Below, in pieces: positions 59,001-64,000 of a DNA stretch of 64,000 nucleotides. The translations under genes and the position numbers were made by a program. The stretch is from an uncultured Nitrospiraceae bacterium (lineage in GTDB: Bacteria > Nitrospirota > Nitrospiria > Nitrospirales > Nitrospiraceae): contig CAWJWJ010000002.1 of assembly GCA_963846575.1 (NCBI GenBank), forward strand, positions 1,184,001-1,248,000, given 5' to 3'. The stretch's first letter is position 1. Every line of letters starts with the position of its first letter. The notes under the pieces are model-generated. The model was not told where the DNA came from, made no database searches, and was given only the letters and a program-made list of their open reading frames with translations.

Positions 59001-61063
59001 AATTGGGAGAGATCGAGTCCTGTCTGAACAGCCATCCGCAGGTGGAGCAGAGTATCGTCCTGGCGCGGCGGGACGATGAGGACACTCGCCTGGTCGCCTA
59101 TGTGCAACCGGCGCCGGGCTCACCTGTGTCGGAACAGCATCTGAGGACGCTGCTGCAGGCCCATCTGCCCGGGTACATGGTTCCCTCGATCTTCGTGTTC
59201 CTGGAGGCATTCCCCCTTACCCCGAACGGGAAAGTCGATCGGAAGGCCCTGCCGCCTCCCGGTCGTGCCCGAGCCGTCGATCGACAGGCCGCACCGCAGG
59301 GCGCGGTGGAAGACATGTTGGCGGGGATCTGGGAGGAGGCCCTCGGGGTGACGCCGATCGGTCGCCATGACAACTTCTTCGACCTCGGCGGCCATTCGAT
59401 GGTTGCCACGCAGGTCATCTCCCGGATCAGGACGGCATTGCAGGTCGAACTCCCCTTGCGTCGCTTGTTCGATGCTCCGACGCTCGCGGGGTTGGCGGCC
59501 GCCGTGGAGAGCGCTCAGGCAGCCGCCTCGGGAACACACCTCCCGCCGCTCGTCCGGTGCGATCGCGGAAGCCCTGCCCCATTGTCGTTTGCCCAACAGC
59601 GCCTGTGGTTTCTCTGGCAAATGGAACCGGCGAGCCCCCTCTATAACATGGCCATGGCCCTCCGGTTGACCGGTACCCTCGATGTGCCGGCCCTGCAACA
59701 GAGCCTCGATCAGCTGGTGCGCCGTCACGAGTCGTTGCGCACGATCTTCGTCATGGTCGGGAGCGAGCCACGGCAACTCATCATGCCTGAACTCGCGCTC
59801 CCGATTCAGACGGTCGATCTCCGCCACGTTCCGATCGACGATCGAGCCGGCCGGGTTCAATGCCTGGCTGAGGAGGCGACCAGACAACCCTTCGACCTGA
59901 CGACCGGTCCGCTGCTCCGGTTGTCGCTGTTACGGGTCGGCGAAGAGGAGCATGTGCTGCTGTTCACCCTGCATCACATCGTCTCGGACGGCTGGTCGAT
60001 GAACATCCTCATTCGAGAGATCACCCGCTCTTATCGCGGGTTCTTTGCCGGCGACCGGCCGTCGCTACCGCCGTTACCGATTCAATATGCGGATTATGCG
60101 TTGTGGCAGCGGCAGTGGCTTCAGGGCGCCATTCTGGAGAACCAACTCGGCTACTGGACGCAGCAATTGAAAAACAGCCCAGTGCTGTCCCTGCCCACGG
60201 ATCGCCCGCGTCCGGCGGTGCAAACTTATTCCGGCGCGACCTGTGGCGTCGCGCTATCGTCAGCAGTGACAGAACCGTTGAAGGCATTCAGCCGTCGGCA
60301 TGGGGTCACGCTGTTCATGACCCTGCTGGCCGGGTTGAAGGTCCTGCTCAAGTATGAAACGGGCCAGCATGACATCGTGGTCGGGACGGATGTCGCCAAT
60401 CGTCATATCGGGGAGACAGAGAATATCGTCGGTTTTTTTGTCAACCAACTCGTGCTGCGCACGTCGGTCGATGAGGAGTTGACGTTTCCTGCATTGGTTG
60501 ACCGCGTTCGAGACGTCACCTTGGCGGGGCATGCTCACCAGGACGTGCCGTTCGACCTTGTGGTGGCGGCAGTGCAGCCCAAGCGCGATCTGTCGTACCC
60601 GCCGTTATTCCAGGTCAAGCTCGTCTTGCAAAACATGGCGCCACCACCGGTCGACCCGGCCGGGCTGCAGCTGAGTCAGCTTGAGGTCGAGAAGCAAACC
60701 TCGGAACTGGATCTGGTGCTCACGCTCGAGGAGTCTTCCGACGGACTCAGCGGATGGTGGGAGTACAACACCGATCTGTTCGACCGCGCGCGCATCGAGC
60801 GGCTGGCCGGACATTTCACGCTCCTTGCGGAGCGGATCGCCGCCGGATCCGACCTCTCCCTGAAAGCGCTTGAGGAGAGGTTGGCTGAATCAGACAGCCG
60901 GGAGCAGAGCCGGAAACACGAACAGCGTCATGAGGCGAATCACCTGAGATTGAAACACATCAAACGCAAAGCCGTCGATCCATCTCCCTATGACAGAGCG
61001 AGGTTCACCGATGACAGACGTGACGCGACAGAGCCACGACATCAGAACGTTCACAAGAGCTGA
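53072..61063 (+). CDS. NRPS 4: C-A(Asp)-T-C-A(Gly)-T-C
   Basis: Codes DLTKIGHVGK (Asp) and DILQLGLVWK (Gly), and a terminal C domain (HHIVSDG). Start is GTG 53072 or ATG 53108. Confidence 0.93.
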   Translation: MGGLSRRSAPPDMIHIAKRLAALPPDKKITFEAALREKGIDRWDLPIVSQPKTLRPVPLSYAQQRLWFLEQLEPGKSLYNLFFALRLTGPLDLRVLEQAINAIIHRHDILRTNVVSADGEGAQVVQPFEPVPVPFEDLTSADPATRPSRLRDLAKEEAETAFDLARDRLFRVRIVACSPSEHVLMLTVHHLIFDAWSQALITDELGYFYEVLRAGSATALDPLPIQYADFALWQREWMESEHVEVERAYWMQQLQDPPVLMLPCDHPRPAKPTFEGGHATLTLSPTLTRKIYALCRQRGATLYMVMLATFKVLLARYSGQDDICVGTSIANRPRPETAHLIGFLVNTLVMRTRLTGDPAFLDCVDRVKEVASQAYVHQNMPFEMLVDLLGLKRNPVYSPLFQVFFVLEHVPDRGHMNLAGVTVEPLDVEQGMARFDVTLRIAETEAHDTLHCDLEYSTDLFTRSTIVRMLQRYEILLEAFTEDPQARLSEVSLLSEVERQQLLPGGILSDDLGSSRHCIHQLVEAQALRNPDGAAVISDDLVLTYGELDRRAAHLAGYLQTLGVGPEARVALCLERSADMIIGLLGVLKAGGVYVPCDPAFPDARIAYMLADSGARVVLTREQWTDRFSRLEAQAIALDREWPAIEAQASESVARMVRPQNLAYIIYTSGSTGRPKGVAVEHRQLACYVAALLERVPLSADASFAAISTVAADLGHTSIFGALCSGRPLHIISEERGFDPHAVADYLSTHQVEVLKIVPGHLSALLEVMRPERVLPRHCLILGGEALRPALAGRIRALAPACTIVNHYGPTEATVGALTHRVTDNDAMGTTIPVGRPLSNVEAYILDPWHQPAPVGVPGELYLGGSGLARGYLGRPDLTAERFIPNSFSEQPGSRLYRTGDRARYRLDGTIEFLGRLDNQVKVRGYRIEPGEIEAQLRRDISIKDAVVVVRDRADEAKELIAYVVGMDGVDPAALRSRLAGQLPDYMIPHAFVTLPAFPLTTNGKVDRAALPDHTGQHVLRKSEHGAPRNPTEERLAEIWREVLHADEVGRDDNFFDLGGDSILSLQIIARARKRDILLTPKQLFEHQTIALLAALPGIHTLDSQPSLASADHGRRAPLSYAQQRLWFLWEMDPTNAAYNVWHAVRLKGTLKVERLRRTFDAIVSRHATLRTTFGTDGGQPYQVIHPAEPVDMVVTDLTDGPPAEREQQARAMVEDEGRKPFDLKRGPLLRVTVLKLDEGDHLLTVAMHHIVSDGWSMNIIMEEFASLYEAYGSGREPALPPLRIHYVDFAVWQRRWLEAGELDRQLQYWKGRLGTEHPPMPLPADRPRPAVQRYEGASSQFEIEPDLTSRLKALAKSQEATLSMLLLTAFNILLYRYTGEVDVRIGMPVTNRTRVESEGLIGCFVNTLVIRTNLSGNLTVAEFLQRVKAEVLEAQSHQDLPFERLVEALNPQRSLASHPLVQVVYNHQWRKYDVLQTLTDLSIESLPYEGDRTQFDLVLDTEETAGQVFASLTYSTALFERNTIERVARHWITLLEGMAENPCERIDRVSILTREESAHVMQEWSAPSCDLSGAPCHQLIEAQAASQPDRPAVVFEETVLTYGELNARANQLAHLLLRHAVGPDVLVGICLERSQDLPVAMLAVWKAGGAYVPLDPSYPRERLAYMLDDARMPVVLTQEKLRDAVARPGVHPVCLDDPEQWASESRSNPAARRSSNALAYVIYTSGSTGRPKGVMIRHSSLVNFLLSMQATLRLTADEVVAATTSVSFDIAVLELFLPLLAGARTVVLSREVIVDGERLSQELVRAGATLMQATPSGWRMLLNAGSSPRLRVLCGGEAFPRELAREFLANDLETWNLYGPTETTVWSMMTPVTGAGEAVPLGRPIANTQIYLLDAALNVVPVGVPGELYIGGDGLARGYWQRPDLTAERFVPDPFGREPGGRLYRTGDQARYRSDGTVDFLGRVDHQVKLRGHRIELGEIESCLNSHPQVEQSIVLARRDDEDTRLVAYVQPAPGSPVSEQHLRTLLQAHLPGYMVPSIFVFLEAFPLTPNGKVDRKALPPPGRARAVDRQAAPQGAVEDMLAGIWEEALGVTPIGRHDNFFDLGGHSMVATQVISRIRTALQVELPLRRLFDAPTLAGLAAAVESAQAAASGTHLPPLVRCDRGSPAPLSFAQQRLWFLWQMEPASPLYNMAMALRLTGTLDVPALQQSLDQLVRRHESLRTIFVMVGSEPRQLIMPELALPIQTVDLRHVPIDDRAGRVQCLAEEATRQPFDLTTGPLLRLSLLRVGEEEHVLLFTLHHIVSDGWSMNILIREITRSYRGFFAGDRPSLPPLPIQYADYALWQRQWLQGAILENQLGYWTQQLKNSPVLSLPTDRPRPAVQTYSGATCGVALSSAVTEPLKAFSRRHGVTLFMTLLAGLKVLLKYETGQHDIVVGTDVANRHIGETENIVGFFVNQLVLRTSVDEELTFPALVDRVRDVTLAGHAHQDVPFDLVVAAVQPKRDLSYPPLFQVKLVLQNMAPPPVDPAGLQLSQLEVEKQTSELDLVLTLEESSDGLSGWWEYNTDLFDRARIERLAGHFTLLAERIAAGSDLSLKALEERLAESDSREQSRKHEQRHEANHLRLKHIKRKAVDPSPYDRARFTDDRRDATEPRHQNVHKS

Positions 61064-62105
61064 TCGGAAGGCGATCAGCCTCTCTCAGGAAGATCTTGTC
61101 ACGGCCACACCTCTCATGCCCGGACAGGTGGTGCCGCTGCTGATCCAACCATCGGTGAAGGGGGTCAGTCTGCTGGCCTGGGCCGGGCAGAACCGGGATC
61201 GGATCCAGGAACTGGTGCTTCGGCATGGCGCAATATTATTCCGGAACTTCAACCTCGCGGGCGTCGCTGAGTTCGAGCAATGCGTCAAGGCGGTCTCCGG
61301 CGGGGCCCTCGAATATAAGTTCCGCGCCTCGCCGCGGACGCAGGTGGGGAAGAATATTTATACGGCTACCGACTATCCGGCCGACCAGAGCATCTTCCCT
61401 CACAATGAACATGCCTTTTCCGCGATGTTTCCCCTGCAGCTGTACTTCTACTGCGCCGTGGCGGCGCCGGAGGGCGGGGAGACACCGATAGGCGACACGC
61501 GCGCGCTGCTCCGCGGACTGGATCCCCGCATCAAGGAGCGATTCCTGCGAAGGAAGATCATGTACGTACGAAATTATGGCGACGGGTTTGGGCTCCCCTG
61601 GCAAACCGTCTTCCAGACGGAGGACAGAGGGGATGTCGAAACCTACTGTCGCAATATCGGCATCGAGGTGGAGTGGAAGTCCGGGAATCGACTGCGGACC
61701 CGCCAGGTCGGCCCGGCGATCATGCGCCATCCGCGCACGCAGGAGCCGCTGTGGTTCAACCACGGCACGTTCTTCCATGTCTCGACATTGGAACCGGCAA
61801 TCCGCGAGGCGCTGCTGAAAGAATTTGCCGAGGAGGATCTTCCGCAGAATACCTATTACGGAGATGGCACTTCGATCGAGCCGGACGTGCTCGAGCATCT
61901 GCGTGCCCTCTATCAGCAGGCCATGGTCCTGTTTCCCTGGCAGCAGGGGGACGTGGTGTTTCTCGACAACATGCTGGCCCTCCATGCCCGCAGGCCTTTT
62001 GCCGGACCCCGGAAGGTCCTGGTGGCCATGGCCGAAGCCTGCCGGAGTGCCGATCTTGAAGTAAGTCTAAAGGAGGAACTGTCATGTCCGGATCCGAAAC
62101 CGTGA
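61011..62105 (+). CDS. second TauD-like Fe(II)/2-OG dioxygenase (interface-associated beta-hydroxylase)
   Basis: YTATDYP, HNEHAF, WFNHGTFFH and DNMLALHAR motifs. GAGG RBS before the ATG at 61011. Confidence 0.9.
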   Translation: MTDVTRQSHDIRTFTRADRKAISLSQEDLVTATPLMPGQVVPLLIQPSVKGVSLLAWAGQNRDRIQELVLRHGAILFRNFNLAGVAEFEQCVKAVSGGALEYKFRASPRTQVGKNIYTATDYPADQSIFPHNEHAFSAMFPLQLYFYCAVAAPEGGETPIGDTRALLRGLDPRIKERFLRRKIMYVRNYGDGFGLPWQTVFQTEDRGDVETYCRNIGIEVEWKSGNRLRTRQVGPAIMRHPRTQEPLWFNHGTFFHVSTLEPAIREALLKEFAEEDLPQNTYYGDGTSIEPDVLEHLRALYQQAMVLFPWQQGDVVFLDNMLALHARRPFAGPRKVLVAMAEACRSADLEVSLKEELSCPDPKP

Positions 62106-64000
62106 AGCATACAGTCCAGGGCTATCGCCTGTCGCCCACACAGGAACGGCTATGGCTTCTGGAACGGAGCAGCCCACAGGCGCGCCTTGAGGGCCATTGC
62201 ATCGTCGCGGTCACGGGGCCCCTGGATCCGGGGGTGTTGAGAACCGCTGTCCGGCAGGTCGTTCAACGCCATGAGATTCTCCGGACGACCCTCCGGAGCA
62301 TTCCCGGCATGATGTTTCCCGTGCAGGTCATTGCCGACGAAAATGTCCTCGCCTATGAGGAGCAGGACCTGACCGCGAACCGGACGCGAGAGCGGGACGC
62401 CGTGATCGGCCCGCTCCGGCCGGCCACCTGCGACGACCGGCCGGATGCGGCGGGTACGCCGGTGGTGCGCATCATCGTCAAGAGAATCGAGGCGGCCAGG
62501 CATGAAGTGCAGATCAGCCTGCCGGCATGTTGTGCCGACGGAATCACCTTGAAGAACCTGGTGCGCGAAATCAGTTCAGCGTACCGGTCTCGTCTCCGGG
62601 CTGAAGCGGTAGAGATGGACGAGCCGCTGCAGTATGCCGATGTGGCCGAGTGGCAGCAGGCGCTACTGGAGGATGAGGCCGGGGCTGCCGGACGGGACTA
62701 TTGGCGCAAGCAGGCCGGGCCGATTGCTGCCTGGCTCGAAACCCGGCTGCCTGGCGAGCATCCGGCGGCCGAGAGGACGGTATTTACTCCACGAGAGGTC
62801 CCTGTTCCCGTCTCCCGGGAGTCGGTTGAACGCCTGGATGATCTGGCCGCACGGCAGGGCATCTCCGGTTCGAGCTGTTTGCTGGCCTGCTGGGGCATCC
62901 TGCTCCAGCGTCACATCGGACAGGCGGACGTTCTCATCGGTGTGGCGAGTGACGGCCGACCGCACGGGGAGATGCAGGACGCTTGCGGCGCCTTCGCGAA
63001 GTACCTGCCGCTCCATCACGCTTCCGAACCAGGCACGCAATTTGATGCGTATGCGCAGACTCTGCAACGACGGTGGCTCGAGCTTGACGAATGGCAGGAG
63101 TATTTCAGCTGGAAGGATGTCCAGGACCTGGTGGATCCCGCTCACGATCCCTTCTTCCCCTTCTGTTTCGACTACGGCGACCTGGCGTCGTCCTGCTCCG
63201 GCGACGAGGGTCTCTCGTTCAGGGTCGAGCAGAGCCATGCCTATATCGATCGCTTCAAAATACGTTTCCGGTGCGCGCGAAAGGGCGACGTGATCGAGGC
63301 AGCTTTGCATTATGATGCCGGGCTTTATCAGGAGCCCATGATCGCCTGCCTGGCAGGACAGTTGGCCACGTTGCTGGATCATGCCGCGCGGCACCCGGAA
63401 AAGGCCGTCGACGATCTGGAGATGGTGAGCGAGGCGGAGCGTCATCGCGTGCTCGAGATTTTCAGCCGGGAAGGCGTCGGGGCGGGCGGCGACGACCGTT
63501 GCCTGCATCACCTGTTCGAGGCGCAGGTTGAGCGGACACCGGAGCGCATCGCCCTTCTCCATGAGGGCCGGTCAGTGACCTATCGCGACCTGGATCGGCG
63601 GGCCAATCAAGTTGCGCGCTATCTGACCAGCCGGGGAGTCGGCGCGGGAACCATGGTCGGACTCTGCATGGAACGCTCGCCCGACCTGATCGTGGGGATC
63701 GTGGGTATTCTGAAGGCGGGCGGCGCCTATGTCCCGATCGATTCGGCCTATCCCAAGGAGCGCATCGTCTATCTCCTCCAGGATTCCCGGGCAGCTCTGG
63801 TTCTGACTCAGGCAAGGTTTCAGGAAGGGCTGACCGAACTCGGCGCTGTCGTCCTGAGCCTGGATGGAGAACGCGAGACCATCGAGGAACACAGCGGGAC
63901 GACTCCCTCGATTCCTTTCACTGCGGCCGGCGCGGCCTACATGATCTATACGTCCGGTTCGACGGGGAAACCGAAAGGCGTGCCGGTGAGCCACCGGAAC
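62084..64000 (+). CDS. NRPS 5 (3'-truncated): interface (non-catalytic C-like) domain plus start of an A domain
   Basis: AAGGAGG RBS, then MSGSETVKHTVQGYRLSPTQERLW. LPACCADG replaces HHxxxDG. Runs to YMIYTSGSTGKPKGV at the edge. Missing from the ORF track because there is no stop. Confidence 0.9.
   Translation, partial: MSGSETVKHTVQGYRLSPTQERLWLLERSSPQARLEGHCIVAVTGPLDPGVLRTAVRQVVQRHEILRTTLRSIPGMMFPVQVIADENVLAYEEQDLTANRTRERDAVIGPLRPATCDDRPDAAGTPVVRIIVKRIEAARHEVQISLPACCADGITLKNLVREISSAYRSRLRAEAVEMDEPLQYADVAEWQQALLEDEAGAAGRDYWRKQAGPIAAWLETRLPGEHPAAERTVFTPREVPVPVSRESVERLDDLAARQGISGSSCLLACWGILLQRHIGQADVLIGVASDGRPHGEMQDACGAFAKYLPLHHASEPGTQFDAYAQTLQRRWLELDEWQEYFSWKDVQDLVDPAHDPFFPFCFDYGDLASSCSGDEGLSFRVEQSHAYIDRFKIRFRCARKGDVIEAALHYDAGLYQEPMIACLAGQLATLLDHAARHPEKAVDDLEMVSEAERHRVLEIFSREGVGAGGDDRCLHHLFEAQVERTPERIALLHEGRSVTYRDLDRRANQVARYLTSRGVGAGTMVGLCMERSPDLIVGIVGILKAGGAYVPIDSAYPKERIVYLLQDSRAALVLTQARFQEGLTELGAVVLSLDGERETIEEHSGTTPSIPFTAAGAAYMIYTSGSTGKPKGVPVSHRN

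Noticed and set aside
60960..61063. Frameshifted NRPS4-TauD fusion
   Set aside because: TauD2 has its own RBS and ATG, and the linker motif is present in both proteins, which favours separate genes.

Overview
GC-rich bacterial DNA. The gene style suggests Nitrospira, but this is a low-confidence impression. The window has three parts. (1) 1-5.4 kb: two tandem P-type cation ATPases and a small exported Cys/His-rich gene. (2) 5.5-20.9 kb: an iron-uptake and regulation block containing an RND pump and adaptor, ExbB-ExbD-TonB, an atypical Fur paralogue, a PepSY-TM protein, an unannotated 59-aa zinc-ribbon ORF, a TonB-dependent transducer with FecR and FecI, a second TonB and an HTH-only AraC. A sigma70 promoter with a Fur box is followed about 100 nt later by a strong terminator, giving a candidate iron-regulated sRNA or attenuator. 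Seven equally spaced TG-N19-CGTC ECF-type promoter motifs occur in 12-21 kb. (3) 21.3 kb to the end: a hybrid FAAL/NRPS/PKS lipopeptide-siderophore cluster that runs off the window. The predicted chain is acyl-Arg(N-Me?)-[malonyl]-Dab-Ser-Dab-Ser-(beta-OH)Asp-Gly-X. It comes with a PvdE-like exporter, Dab transaminase, PvdQ-like acylase, MbtH, type II TE, two TauD-type beta-hydroxylases and an interface domain. The most unusual element is module 1: an Arg-type A domain interrupted by a GAMT/Rmt2-like guanidino methyltransferase and split over two genes. No rRNA, tRNA, CRISPR or transposase was seen.
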